IMG/VR virus record: IMGVR_UViG_3300038336_000023
Span: 1-25,009 of that record
Length of the DNA stretch: 25,009 nucleotides
From: a virus
Taxonomy: Duplodnaviria; Caudoviricetes
Reading direction: 5' to 3' (one strand)
The translations under genes and the position numbers were made by a program. The notes beneath the pieces are model-generated. The model was not told the origin of the DNA. It did not search any database and saw nothing but the letters and a program-made list of their open reading frames with translations. Positions 13,245-22,531 of this stretch are shown here, piece by piece (the stretch's first letter is position 1; each line of letters starts with the position of its first letter).

Positions 13245-15189
13245 ATTAATCAGTTTATCCCTGAAAAACTTCAAAGGAATGAAAGAGTATAAATTAGAGC
13301 CAAACGGTCAAAATGTTTCCGTATTTGGCGAAAATGCCACAGGAAAAACTACACTAGTAGACGCAAGAGATTGGCTACTTTTTGACAAAGATTCGACCAA
13401 TCGCAAGGACTTTTCTGTAAAGCCGCAGGACGAGGATGGAAACGATATTCACTTTTTAGAAACCGAAGTCGAGGGAATATTTGCTGTGGATGGTCAAGAA
13501 TTGAAACTCAGAAAAATGCTCTGTGAAAAATGGGTGAAGAAGCGCGGGCAGCAGGAGCAGGAATTCGCAGGACATGAAACATCGTACTGGATTGACGACG
13601 TGCCGGTTAAAAAGAATCAGTATGTTAAACGAATTGAAGAATTGGCACCGGAAAGCCTGTTTAAAATGCTGACAAATCCATATTATTTTAACACTCAGGT
13701 AAGCTGGCAGGATCGGCGCAAACAACTCATGGCGATATGTGGCGACGTTTCGGACGCTGAAGTTATTCAATCCGATGAAAATTTGTACAAGCTGACAGCA
13801 ATATTAAACGGCAAGTCAATCGACGGTTACAAATTGATTATTGCCGAACGGATTAAGAAACTGAATCAAGAAATCGGCAAGATTCCAGTCAGGATTGACG
13901 AACTGAACACGACGATGCTAAGTAGTCAAATAGTTGATTATACCACAGCAGAAACGGGGCTGGCTGATTTTAAGGCCGAGTTGAACGCCATCGAGCAGGA
14001 ACTGGCCGGGGCCAATGACATTGCCAACAAGGCGAGAGAAAAGCAGCAACAACTTTTTAAACTGGAAAGGGACATCAAATCCCGAAAGAAGGAGCTTGAA
14101 ACCGAGGCCAATGCCGGAAATATCAAACTACTGGAAGAAAAGCAAAAGTTGGAAATGAAGTTGTTGGAACTGAAGAACGAGCAGGAAGTTAACGAATCCA
14201 CCCGGGAACTAAAAGAGATTGAAATTGGTGTCCTTAATACCGAAATGGAGGCAATGAGGCAGAAATATAAAGAGATTTTTGTTACAACCTTTATCGAGCC
14301 GGACGAAAGTAATTTTGTTTGCCCGACTTGTAAACGAGAGCTCCCGACAGAGGATATCGAACGGCAGATCAAGGAAATGAAACTCGGTTTTGATACCGAT
14401 AAAATGAAAAAACTCACAAAGATTAATGTCGAGGGCAAGGTTAAAAAAGAACGGAAAATACAACTGGGAAAAGAGTCCTTTATCCTTGTAAATAAGTCGC
14501 TTGATTATGAAGCTGTTGGCCGTGAGATTAACGAGCGCCTTGCTGAAATTAAACAAGAATTAACCGGCATGGTTGAGGCCGAAATCAATTACAAGGACGA
14601 TCACGAATATCGCAGATTATTCAACGAGGCGGTTAATTTAAAAATCGAACTGGACAAGCCTGTCGAAAATCAAAGCACGGAACTCCTGCAGAAAAAGCAA
14701 GAGATCACAGCTCATATTGAGGATCTTAACCGAGTCTTAAATCAGCGCGATGTTACAGAAAAAACCAGGGCCAGGATTGAGGAGTTGAAGGCCGAGGAAA
14801 AACGGCTTGCACAGCAGATTAGTGAGGCTGAGGGGCAAAGATTTTTGATCGAGAAATTTATCAAGGCGAAGGTTAATTTGCTAGAAGGCAGTATTAACAG
14901 CCGGTTTAAGATGGTCAAATTCCGGCTCTTTGAAACACAGATCAACGGAGGCATTGCCGAGTGTTGTGAGGCTCTTATTGGCGGCGTGCCTTTCCAGGAT
15001 GCAAATCACGCGGCGCAGGTTAATGGCGGGATTGATATTATTAATGTTTTGTCAGGGCACTACGGCGTTATGGCTCCTATCTTTATCGACAACCGAGAGT
15101 CGGTAAACAAATTAATTGAGACTGGAAGCCAGGTTATTAATTTATTGGTTAGTTATGATAAAGAATTGAAAGTGGAGGTAAATAAATAA
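13234..15189 (+). CDS. SbcC/Rad50-like AAA ATPase (phage recombination module)
   Basis: LKNFKG, Walker A GENATGKT, long coiled coils with CPTC zinc hook, Walker B PIFIDN. Confidence 0.9.
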   Translation: MDIKLISLSLKNFKGMKEYKLEPNGQNVSVFGENATGKTTLVDARDWLLFDKDSTNRKDFSVKPQDEDGNDIHFLETEVEGIFAVDGQELKLRKMLCEKWVKKRGQQEQEFAGHETSYWIDDVPVKKNQYVKRIEELAPESLFKMLTNPYYFNTQVSWQDRRKQLMAICGDVSDAEVIQSDENLYKLTAILNGKSIDGYKLIIAERIKKLNQEIGKIPVRIDELNTTMLSSQIVDYTTAETGLADFKAELNAIEQELAGANDIANKAREKQQQLFKLERDIKSRKKELETEANAGNIKLLEEKQKLEMKLLELKNEQEVNESTRELKEIEIGVLNTEMEAMRQKYKEIFVTTFIEPDESNFVCPTCKRELPTEDIERQIKEMKLGFDTDKMKKLTKINVEGKVKKERKIQLGKESFILVNKSLDYEAVGREINERLAEIKQELTGMVEAEINYKDDHEYRRLFNEAVNLKIELDKPVENQSTELLQKKQEITAHIEDLNRVLNQRDVTEKTRARIEELKAEEKRLAQQISEAEGQRFLIEKFIKAKVNLLEGSINSRFKMVKFRLFETQINGGIAECCEALIGGVPFQDANHAAQVNGGIDIINVLSGHYGVMAPIFIDNRESVNKLIETGSQVINLLVSYDKELKVEVNK

Positions 15190-16208
15190 TGGCAGAACAA
15201 GCACTGGTAAAACAAGAACCAACAATGGCCGAAAGGTTTACAAGTAAGGTTTTAACTGAATTCCAATCCAGTACCGGCAGCGCGATTGCTTTAACTAACT
15301 TCCAGAAACGATTAGCACAGAATTACTTTATAGCTGCTGATATGGCGCTGAAAGTAGCCGAGGAAAAACGGAAGAAGAAAAGGCAGAATCAAGACCCTAT
15401 TCCCGTTATCTGGGCTAATATTGACATGGAGGCATTATCTCAAAGTGTAGTCTCTGCCGCCAGGATCGGTTGGGATCCGATGCAAAACAATCATGTAAGC
15501 TTGATACCTTTTAAAAATAACGCCACCGGCAAATACGGCATAACTTTTATGCCAGGGTACCGGGGGATCGAACTGAAATCAACTAAGTATGGGCTGGATA
15601 TCCCCGACTATGTAATTGTTGAGTTGGTCTATACCAACGACAAATTTAAGTCCATCAAAAAGGATCAGAATAACCCGGTTGAGGGATTTACCTTTGAGAT
15701 AGTGGACGACTTTGACAGGGGGGAAATACGGGGTGGATTTTACTATCACGGTTTTAATGACATCCCGAGTAAAAATAAACTCGTTGTATTCTCCAAAAAG
15801 GATATCGAAAAAAGAAAGCCGCGTTATGCATCTGCTGAGTTTTGGGGTGGAATGAAAGATGTCTGGGAAAACGGTAAAAAAGTAGGGCAGGAAGAGTCCG
15901 AAGGATGGTACGAAAAGATGTGTTACAAGACCATTTACCGGGCGGCCTATAATGATATAACCATCGATAGTCAAAAGATTGACGATGATTACCTGAAGTT
16001 AAAACAGTCCGAAAATGAGTACAAGGAAGCCGAGGTTCAGCAGACCATTGCCGAGAATGGAAATAAGACTGTGATTGACATAACGCCGCCCGAAGACGAA
16101 AACAAGCCAGATCAAAGCCCGCCGGAAGATGAACAGCCAGGACAAAACGATTCTCCAAAAGAAGATCCGCAGCACGAACAAATGGCGCTTGATGGACCGG
16201 AGTTTTAG
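15189..16208 (+). CDS. recT: RecT-family single-strand annealing protein
   Basis: GYRGIE, VELVYTNDKF, FDRGEIRGGF, WYEKMCYKTIYR; located between the ATPase and the MBL hydrolase. Confidence 0.8.
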   Translation: MAEQALVKQEPTMAERFTSKVLTEFQSSTGSAIALTNFQKRLAQNYFIAADMALKVAEEKRKKKRQNQDPIPVIWANIDMEALSQSVVSAARIGWDPMQNNHVSLIPFKNNATGKYGITFMPGYRGIELKSTKYGLDIPDYVIVELVYTNDKFKSIKKDQNNPVEGFTFEIVDDFDRGEIRGGFYYHGFNDIPSKNKLVVFSKKDIEKRKPRYASAEFWGGMKDVWENGKKVGQEESEGWYEKMCYKTIYRAAYNDITIDSQKIDDDYLKLKQSENEYKEAEVQQTIAENGNKTVIDITPPEDENKPDQSPPEDEQPGQNDSPKEDPQHEQMALDGPEF

Positions 16209-16210
16209 GG

Positions 16211-16954
16211 ATGAAGTTGAAAGTGATTGGAAGTAATTCCAAAGGGAACGCCTATTTCCTCGAGACAAAAACAGGAGGCTTGCTACTTGACGCAGGCCTC
16301 CGTCTCCGGGATATTCAGAAGGCACTTGGATTTGATTTTAATTCAATTCTCGGTTGCCTTATCACGCACGAGCACCAAGATCATTGTAAGGGAGTAAGAG
16401 CGCTTACGTTCTTGGGTATTGACTGTTACATGTCCATGGGGACACTGAAAACAATGCAATCCTTAAACACTCATAGATTAATGCCTATTATATCAGGTAT
16501 GCAGTTTGACATCGGAGATTTCACTATCTTGCCTTTTGATACAGAACATGATAGTGCTCAACCTTTGGGTTTTTTCATCCAATATCGACCAACAGGCGAA
16601 AGATTAGTTTATCTAACTGACAGTTATTACTGCAAATACAAATTTCCCAGACTTAATTATATCCTCATCGAATGCAACTACTGCCTCGACATCCTCAAGT
16701 CCAACATCGAAGCTGGACTTATCCCTGAAGCCCTTAAAAACCGCCTTTTAGAGTCTCATTTTTCCCTAGATAATGTGAAGGATTTCCTGCAAGCCAACGA
16801 CTTGTCAGAGGTGCGGAAAATCGTTTTAATTCATCTTTCGGACGGCAATTCTGATGCAGAAAGAATGGTCCGAGAGATCAAGGAGTTAACCGGGAAAGAT
16901 GTTGAAGTCGCGGAGAATGGCAAGGAAATTGCTTTGGAATTATTCGAGTTTTAA
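16211..16954 (+). CDS. MBL-fold metallo-hydrolase (nuclease)
   Basis: GSNSKGN, ITHEHQDH, HD, TD, IECNY, HLS motifs. Confidence 0.92.
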   Translation: MKLKVIGSNSKGNAYFLETKTGGLLLDAGLRLRDIQKALGFDFNSILGCLITHEHQDHCKGVRALTFLGIDCYMSMGTLKTMQSLNTHRLMPIISGMQFDIGDFTILPFDTEHDSAQPLGFFIQYRPTGERLVYLTDSYYCKYKFPRLNYILIECNYCLDILKSNIEAGLIPEALKNRLLESHFSLDNVKDFLQANDLSEVRKIVLIHLSDGNSDAERMVREIKELTGKDVEVAENGKEIALELFEF

Positions 16955-17004
16955 ATTAAAGTTTAACGTTTAGTTTAAATAATCTTTTATAAGTGAGGTT
17001 AAAA

Positions 17005-17187
17005 ATGTTAGTTAAAATTAAACATCCTGTTTTGCAAATGTTATGTAAACATAATTATCAAAATTTTAAAACACCAGATGATGAACGGAAAAAGAAAAAT
17101 CCTTATGGCTTTGTATCGCTTAATAGCGGGTGGGAAGATAAAGGAATATGGGTTTGTGTTAAATGCGGAAAGCGTAGGTATAAATAA
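17005..17187 (+). CDS. Small hypothetical protein
   Basis: CKH...CVKC; GAGGT RBS before the ATG; TAATG coupling to ssb. Confidence 0.6.
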   Translation: MLVKIKHPVLQMLCKHNYQNFKTPDDERKKKNPYGFVSLNSGWEDKGIWVCVKCGKRRYK

Positions 17188-17606
17188 TGCTTAACCGAGT
17201 GGTATTGATTGGAAGGCTTACCCGAGATCCCGAATTAATTTATACTCCTTCAGGCGTTGCAGTAAGCAAATTTACCTTAGCCTGTGACCGCAAATTCAAA
17301 AACGCACAAGGAGAAAGAGAAGCCGACTTTATTCCGTGTGTAGTTTATCGGCAACTTGCGGAGTTGGTGGCCAATTACCTGGCTAAAGGCAAGCTCTGTG
17401 CTGTGGATGGCAGAATTCAAACGCGAAACTATACCAACAACGACGGACAGAAGGTTTGGGTTACTGAGATCATCGCTGAAGATGTTAGATTTTTATCTCC
17501 CAAAGAACATACCGAAGCTAGCAACAGTGGGGCTGAGAGGACTTATGGACCGGATAATAGGACGTATGGGAATGAGGTTAGTTTGGATGACGATATTCCG
17601 TTTTAG
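17187..17606 (+). CDS. ssb: Single-stranded DNA-binding protein
   Basis: [17 protein letters not shown]...DDDIPF. Confidence 0.97.
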   Translation: MLNRVVLIGRLTRDPELIYTPSGVAVSKFTLACDRKFKNAQGEREADFIPCVVYRQLAELVANYLAKGKLCAVDGRIQTRNYTNNDGQKVWVTEIIAEDVRFLSPKEHTEASNSGAERTYGPDNRTYGNEVSLDDDIPF

Positions 17607-17611
17607 GAGGT

Positions 17612-18025
17612 TTGGTGATGAGTTTTTGCAGAGAGACAGAGCGAACCGCTAGAAAAGAGTATAAGTGCAATCTTTGCCACAAGGTTATTCAAGTTGGTGA
17701 GAGATATATTGACCATGTTGATAATATTTGTGATGAATCAAATATTGTTGTGGCAAAGGAATGTCTTGATTGTCAGATGGTTAAGAAAGAATTTCTCGCT
17801 GACCCTGAAGCGTATAACGAAGATGGATATTGTGATGACGGTTTATATGAGTGGTGGCGCAATAAAAAGTGTTGGGAATGTGGTAATAGCCATCCTGTAT
17901 GTAGTCCAGACGTAAGCTGCCAAAAACCTTGCCTTGACTTAAAAAATGGCAGATGCACCGCAGATTATTGTAGTGATATGACGCATCACTGCCGATGTGA
18001 GAATTTTAAGCAAATCGAAAATTAA
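17612..18025 (+). CDS. Cys-rich hypothetical protein
   Basis: RTARKEYKCNLC...GERY and multiple CxxC motifs; AGGAGG RBS. Confidence 0.7.
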   Translation: MVMSFCRETERTARKEYKCNLCHKVIQVGERYIDHVDNICDESNIVVAKECLDCQMVKKEFLADPEAYNEDGYCDDGLYEWWRNKKCWECGNSHPVCSPDVSCQKPCLDLKNGRCTADYCSDMTHHCRCENFKQIEN

Positions 18026-18096
18026 AACTTCCCCGACATCAAAGCGCCAACAGACAGAATTTTAGGGCGCTAATCTTTTTAAGGGAGGATAACCCT

Positions 18097-18261
18097 ATGA
18101 CCGAACCTAAAAACTGCGGAAACTGTATGAATTATATCCCTGACAACACGGGCGTTGAACGGATCCGCAAAAAGCAACGAATCTTTATTGACAACGGTAA
18201 GTGCCTGTTAAATGGCAGGAAAATGAATCCCTTACTTGTCGGGTGTCTGATGTGGAAATAA
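18097..18261 (+). CDS. Small Cys-containing protein (54 aa)
   Basis: Manual translation MTEPKNCGNCMNY...GCLMWK; GGGAGG RBS. Confidence 0.6.
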   Translation: MTEPKNCGNCMNYIPDNTGVERIRKKQRIFIDNGKCLLNGRKMNPLLVGCLMWK

Positions 18262-18275
18262 TCGAAGGTGATTAA

Positions 18276-19055
18276 ATGGCAGAAGGTTGGATAAAATTAT
18301 ATCGCCAAATATGGGACAGCGAACTCTGGAAAGAAAGACCTTTTGACAGGGCAAGAGCATGGATCGACTTGATTATGCTTGCCAATTTTGAAAGTAGAAA
18401 TATACTGCTTGGAAATGAAATAATATTTGTCGAGAGGGGCAGTTTTGTCACATCAGAACACAAATTGATGGCTCGTTGGGGATGGTCAAAAACCAAGGTT
18501 CGCTCATTTTTAAACCTTTTACAAAATGATTCAATGATCGTTAAAAAAACCGACCACAAAAAGACCATCGTAGAGGTGCTTAACTACTGCGTTTTTCAGG
18601 ATTTTGAAACCACAGAAGAACCAGAGAAAGACCAGAGAAAGACCAGTAAAAGACCAGTAAAAGACCCAACTAATAATGTAAAGAATATAAAGAATGAAAA
18701 GAATATAGTATCGTCGAACGTTTTCGCCGATGATTCTCTTGAAATAATTTTAGCAAGCGAACTTTTTAATTTAATCCTTGTAAACAATCCAAAGGCAAAA
18801 AAACCAAACCTGCAAACGTGGGCAAAACAATTTGACTTAATTATTAGGATTGATAAGAGAGATATCGACGAAATCAGAACGGTTATAAATTGGACCCAAA
18901 GGGACAGTTTTTGGATGGGGAATATCTTATCGCCAAAAACGCTAAGAAAACAGTTTGATAAACTGACAATCCAAATGCAAAAACAAAAACCAAACGGACA
19001 AGCCAAACCCGAACAAAAAACCTCACCCGACAAATACGAAAACTTTTATCTGTGA
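18276..19055 (+). CDS. Phage replication initiator (replisome organizer)
   Basis: GWIKLYRQI, AWIDLIMLAN, RGSFVTSEHKL; C-terminal FWMGNILSPKTLRKQFDKL as in lambda-O-like C-domains; internal iterons. Confidence 0.88.
   Translation: MAEGWIKLYRQIWDSELWKERPFDRARAWIDLIMLANFESRNILLGNEIIFVERGSFVTSEHKLMARWGWSKTKVRSFLNLLQNDSMIVKKTDHKKTIVEVLNYCVFQDFETTEEPEKDQRKTSKRPVKDPTNNVKNIKNEKNIVSSNVFADDSLEIILASELFNLILVNNPKAKKPNLQTWAKQFDLIIRIDKRDIDEIRTVINWTQRDSFWMGNILSPKTLRKQFDKLTIQMQKQKPNGQAKPEQKTSPDKYENFYL
18616..18707. repeat. Candidate origin 2: five 11-bp iterons plus AT-rich 9-mers
   Basis: AAGAACCAGAG, AAAGACCAGAG, AAAGACCAGTA x2, AAAGACCCAAC (18616-18670), then AAAGAAT(AT/GA) x3. Confidence 0.75.
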
Positions 19056-19065
19056 GGCGAAAGCT

Positions 19066-19293
19066 ATGGCAATCCACTACAATAAAGTCCTTAACCCCCA
19101 ACAATGCGAAGAAATGCACAAATTTTTAATTCTACTCAAAACCTGCTATAAAAAAGCAAATCAATTAGAAATTAAGCCTGATATAGAAAAATACATGAAA
19201 GAATATCGCGGATATAAAACGACGGAACAAAACAGAAAAGCAAATCGTGAAAGCGTGAGAAAACGCAGAGAGAGGATGAAAAACAATGTATGA
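19066..19293 (+). CDS. Hypothetical basic protein
   Basis: ORF with GAGG RBS, in the operon. Confidence 0.65.
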   Translation: MAIHYNKVLNPQQCEEMHKFLILLKTCYKKANQLEIKPDIEKYMKEYRGYKTTEQNRKANRESVRKRRERMKNNV

Positions 19294-19380
19294 GATTTTT
19301 GTAATATCCGGTGATGTAGTTATAAAAGTGTGTTTTGGTGCCTTGCTACTGTCAATCGCATGGAGAATTGTGGGGTGGAA

Positions 19381-19587
19381 ATGATCGTGAAGGAATATTA
19401 TGTTAGCTTCCAATACACGGCAAAGGATAGTTGGGGAATAGGTAATAGTGCCTTACAGTTAAAAAATCCTATTACCTCAATAGAGAATATACGCTTAATC
19501 GAACAAGGCATAAAAAGCAAAACCTCATATGATTCAGTTATAGTAATTAATTGGAAAATATTTAAACGAGGATTTATTTCATGGTAA
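19381..19587 (+). CDS. Hypothetical protein
   Basis: MIVKEYYVSF...; ATGA-coupled to a 32-aa hydrophobic ORF (19286-19384). Confidence 0.6.
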   Translation: MIVKEYYVSFQYTAKDSWGIGNSALQLKNPITSIENIRLIEQGIKSKTSYDSVIVINWKIFKRGFISW

Positions 19588-19934
19588 ATAGCAGGAGTAA
19601 ATATCACTCAATTAAAACCGCAATTGGTGGCAGGGTTTTTGATTCCAAGGCTGAAGCTAACCGATTTGCCGAACTTCGCCTGCTAATGAGGGCCGGAGAA
19701 GTAAAAAACATCGAATGCCAGCCAAAATTCCTCCTCCAAGACAGTTTTAAAAAAAATGGTAAGACATACAGAAAGATTGAGTATATAGCAGACTTTAAAA
19801 TTACTTATGCAGATGGCCGGATAGAAATCGAAGATGTGAAATCTAAAGGAACAAAAACAGAGGCTTATAAAATCAAAAAGAAATTATTCGAGTTAAAATA
19901 TCCAGACTTAACAATCGTTGAAGTTTTTATGTAG
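19581..19934 (+). CDS. DUF1064-family PD-(D/E)XK endonuclease (probable resolvase)
   Basis: SKYH, FDSKAEA, QPKFLL, YIADF, IEDVKS, YKIKKKLF. Confidence 0.9.
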   Translation: MVNSRSKYHSIKTAIGGRVFDSKAEANRFAELRLLMRAGEVKNIECQPKFLLQDSFKKNGKTYRKIEYIADFKITYADGRIEIEDVKSKGTKTEAYKIKKKLFELKYPDLTIVEVFM

Positions 19935-20042
19935 GAGCAAGGCAGAATGATCTTATATGTCCAACTTGGAGTATCGACACTAATTTTGATTGTAAATTTT
20001 ATGCAATGGGTGGAGATTAGGAGAAATAGGAGGGGAAGATAA

Positions 20043-20318
20043 GTGATTAAATTTTGTCCAATCAGAGGTAAATACTGCGACGAAGAATTATGTGCCTTAT
20101 GGGTTTCCTCATCCCAACGATGCACGTTTAAAGATTTGGCCCATTCGGTGAAACAACTTATTCCAGTTAAAAATGAGGAAACCAAGGAAATTGAGATCGG
20201 ATTTGAGAAAGATTGTGCAAATTGCAAACATATGAAAACGCTCGAGATTGAGGAGCCGTGTAAAACCTGCAACGAAGCAGATGCGCCGTTTATAAAATGG
20301 GAATCCAACGGGAGGTAA
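20043..20318 (+). CDS. Cys-rich hypothetical protein
   Basis: KFCPI...C...CALW and CANCKH...PCKTC. Confidence 0.7.
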   Translation: MIKFCPIRGKYCDEELCALWVSSSQRCTFKDLAHSVKQLIPVKNEETKEIEIGFEKDCANCKHMKTLEIEEPCKTCNEADAPFIKWESNGR

Positions 20319-20322
20319 AACC

Positions 20323-20581
20323 ATGAAAAAAGATTGTCATTTGTGCCCTTATGAAAACCGCAATAACTGGCAAAAACCCTGCCGGGAATGTCTGCAAAGT
20401 GATTGTAGGGTGTGGGGAGAAGAGGAAAAGCTGAAAATATCCGAGGAAGATCTTTGGTGCAAAGATGAATGGTATGGCAATATATATACTTGCCCCAACT
20501 GTAAAAAAAGATACTATTTGGAGAAATTTTAAGTTTTGTTCGTTGTGCGGCAAGGAACTGGAATGGGAGGAATCCGAATGA
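20323..20581 (+). pseudogene. Zinc-ribbon gene with a one-base frameshift at an A7 run
   Basis: Removing one A at 20503-20509 gives CPNCKKDTIWRNFKFCSLCGKELEWEESE, ending in an ATGA overlap with the next ORF. Confidence 0.6.
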
Positions 20582-20676
20582 ACGATACCTGCCCAAACTG
20601 CGAATCTGACGTAATCATCAAAGTTGGCACGTGCACCCAATGCCAAGTATGTGGATTAGCTTTAGGTTGTGGGTAA
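20578..20676 (+). CDS. 32-aa zinc-ribbon peptide
   Basis: MNDTCPNCESDVIIKVGTCTQCQVCGLALGCG; GGGAGG RBS. Confidence 0.6.
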   Translation: MNDTCPNCESDVIIKVGTCTQCQVCGLALGCG

Positions 20677-20847
20677 ATGAAAAAAATGTCAGATTATAAA
20701 GCTCAAATAACTTTGTTAAAAAAGCAAAACCAAGAAGCTTTCAACAAAGGCAGAGAAGAAGGCTTTATTGAGGATAAAAAAGATAGTTTTATGTTAGCTA
20801 AGGAGATAATAAGACGGCAGCGCAGTGGGGGAGGTAAGGGAGAATGA
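20677..20847 (+). CDS. Hypothetical protein (56 aa)
   Basis: Fills the operon; ends in an ATGA overlap. Confidence 0.5.
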   Translation: MKKMSDYKAQITLLKKQNQEAFNKGREEGFIEDKKDSFMLAKEIIRRQRSGGGKGE

Positions 20848-20999
20848 AGCCAACAACAACAATAGCAATTGCGTGGATAGCAACAAGTTTGGCGGTATCA
20901 GTAGCGATATATATAACCCATAGTGCATGGTGTTTATGGGTGTTTATATTACCAGGGTCACTGAGCTACACTTCAGGCGGGGGAGGTAAGGGAGAATGA
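20844..20999 (+). CDS. Small membrane protein (51 aa) between 21-bp direct repeats
   Basis: MKPTTTIAIAWIATSLAVSVAIYITHSAWCLWVFILP...; GGAGGT RBS. Confidence 0.65.
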   Translation: MKPTTTIAIAWIATSLAVSVAIYITHSAWCLWVFILPGSLSYTSGGGGKGE

Positions 21000-21205
21000 C
21001 AGGCAAAGAGAAGTTGATTGAGTGGATTAAAAATGCGGATGCAAAAACAATATTAAATAAAATAAACGAATATTGCATTAGAGACATTAGATGCCCTGAT
21101 GATTTTGGATTACAAGATCACAGACATTGCGGAAGCGGTATCGATTGTGTAACAAAATGCTGGCAGCAAGCCTTAGAAAAGGAGTATGCGGAGGTAGAAA
21201 AATGA
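20996..21205 (+). CDS. Hypothetical Cys-containing protein
   Basis: GGAGGT RBS; ATGA overlaps at both ends. Confidence 0.7.
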   Translation: MTGKEKLIEWIKNADAKTILNKINEYCIRDIRCPDDFGLQDHRHCGSGIDCVTKCWQQALEKEYAEVEK

Positions 21206-21564
21206 CATTAAAATATGCTGAAGTGGCTAAAATGTTTAATCTTATTAACAAGATTGACGAAGAAAATTCAGAATATTATTTAAAAGTAAAATATTTATTA
21301 AATTTTGTTTACAAATTGCCAGCAAGTAAATATAAAACAAAAAGCAACGGATGGCTAAATGCTTTTTATTATTACCTTAGTTATGGCTATCAACCTGAAA
21401 AGGCTGAAGAAATGACAGAGAAAATTCCTATAAATATTCATGCAAGCATGATGTCATTTAATAAAAATGATTATATGGAAAATTTTAATAAAGCAATAAG
21501 GGGTAGAATGAATAATTGGCGCAAACTGCATGGACTCCCGATGAGAAGAAAAGTGCGGAGGTAG
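21202..21564 (+). CDS. Hypothetical protein
   Basis: Start MTLKYAE behind GGAGGT; ends NNWRKLHGLPMRRK. Confidence 0.7.
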   Translation: MTLKYAEVAKMFNLINKIDEENSEYYLKVKYLLNFVYKLPASKYKTKSNGWLNAFYYYLSYGYQPEKAEEMTEKIPINIHASMMSFNKNDYMENFNKAIRGRMNNWRKLHGLPMRRKVRR

Positions 21565-21568
21565 ATAA

Positions 21569-21721
21569 GTGAACTTTAAAAATAATGTTTTATTAGTAGC
21601 TATCATATGTGATTTGCTTGCAGCCGTACTCACGCTTACAGGGATAATTAAACCAAGCAAAACAGTGACCTTTTTATTGTGTATTGCACTTGCAATGGGC
21701 ATGGCAAGTACATGGAGGTAG
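21569..21721 (+). CDS. Small two-TM protein (50 aa)
   Basis: GGAGGT RBS plus GTG; hydrophobic translation. Confidence 0.55.
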   Translation: MNFKNNVLLVAIICDLLAAVLTLTGIIKPSKTVTFLLCIALAMGMASTWR

Positions 21722-21725
21722 AAGA

Positions 21726-22151
21726 TTGAGTGAAGAAAGGATCGACCGCCACATATATCAATATGTTGAGGCTGAATTGCGAAATTATAAAACATACCAA
21801 AAATTAATCGCCGAATACCAAAAAGAGTACGCCGGAGTAAAATCAAGCATGGGCAATGATATTACAGGGAGGTTTAGCCAGGGAGCGACGTCGGATAGTG
21901 TTTATAATGAGGTAAACAGGGTAATTAATTGCGATGTCCGAATAGTCAGGGCAATCCATATGGTAATGTGTATTGAGGATATATTGTTTGATTTGTCAGA
22001 CCAGGATAGGCAACTTATTGAGATTAAATATTTTCAAGGATGGCTTACGGATTGGGGAGTTAGTCGGGAATTACACATGTCGAGGAAAACATATTACAAA
22101 CATAGGAATAGAATTATAAACAAATTCGCCTTAAGGATGCGTTTATTATAG
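21726..22151 (+). CDS. ArpU/RinA-family late transcriptional activator
   Basis: YVEAELRNY...LSDQDRQLIEIKYF...RELHMSRKTYYKHRNRIINKFA; last early gene; TTG start behind GGAGGT. Confidence 0.85.
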   Translation: MSEERIDRHIYQYVEAELRNYKTYQKLIAEYQKEYAGVKSSMGNDITGRFSQGATSDSVYNEVNRVINCDVRIVRAIHMVMCIEDILFDLSDQDRQLIEIKYFQGWLTDWGVSRELHMSRKTYYKHRNRIINKFALRMRLL

Positions 22152-22152
22152 G

Positions 22153-22196
22153 GGTGACAATAACGACACTTTTAGTACGCTTTTATGTGATATGAT
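22153..22196 (+). promoter_or_regulatory. Putative activator-dependent late promoter
   Basis: GTGACAATAACGACAC repeat upstream of TG-A-TATGAT extended -10; no consensus -35; directly after the activator gene. Confidence 0.5.
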
Positions 22197-22224
22197 GTCA
22201 GTAATCAATAAAGTCAATCTCCTG

Positions 22225-22251
22225 AAGCGTCTGGCATTTGTCGGGCGCTTT
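22225..22251 (+). terminator. Hairpin / possible terminator
   Basis: AAGCGTCTGGC-ATTT-GTCGGGCGCTTT. Confidence 0.5.
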
Positions 22252-22374
22252 GTTCGTATATCTTTCCCTTATTTTCACCCCTTTCTCTGGGCTCCAAAAG
22301 GGGCCTGACTCTTTTTATTTGAGGCTAATACTACAAGGTTATTAACATAGTTGACATTTGAAGGAGGCGACTCA

Positions 22375-22518
22375 GTGGAAGAAGTCCGGTGTCCAAAATG
22401 CAACAAATTACTCATTGAGGCATCAGGGGAAGTTAGAAAGATATGTCCTAGATGCAAAACAATAATCCATATAGTTACAACTTCAAAAGGAATTATTAAT
22501 TTAAGCACACCAAAGTAA
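22375..22518 (+). CDS. Mu Com-like zinc-ribbon protein (47 aa)
   Basis: Manual translation MEEVRCPKCNKLLIEASGEVRKICPRCKTI...; AAGGAGG RBS. Confidence 0.75.
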   Translation: MEEVRCPKCNKLLIEASGEVRKICPRCKTIIHIVTTSKGIINLSTPK

Positions 22519-22531
22519 AGGAGCGTGTCAA

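Noticed and set aside
13456-16325. Long minus-strand ORFs (e.g. 13938-14438, 15754-16242)
   Set aside because: Antisense shadows of well-supported ATPase and RecT genes, with no motifs.
18616-18707. Short repeats as a CRISPR array
   Set aside because: 11-bp tandem units without spacers inside an initiator gene; these fit iterons.
19865-20646. 243-aa and 118-aa minus-strand ORFs
   Set aside because: They oppose a run of RBS-bearing, coupled plus-strand genes and show no recognisable domain.
20578-20676. Cys-rich peptide as a RiPP precursor or ribonucleotide reductase fragment
   Set aside because: No modifying enzymes or RNR body nearby; a plain zinc ribbon is the simpler reading.
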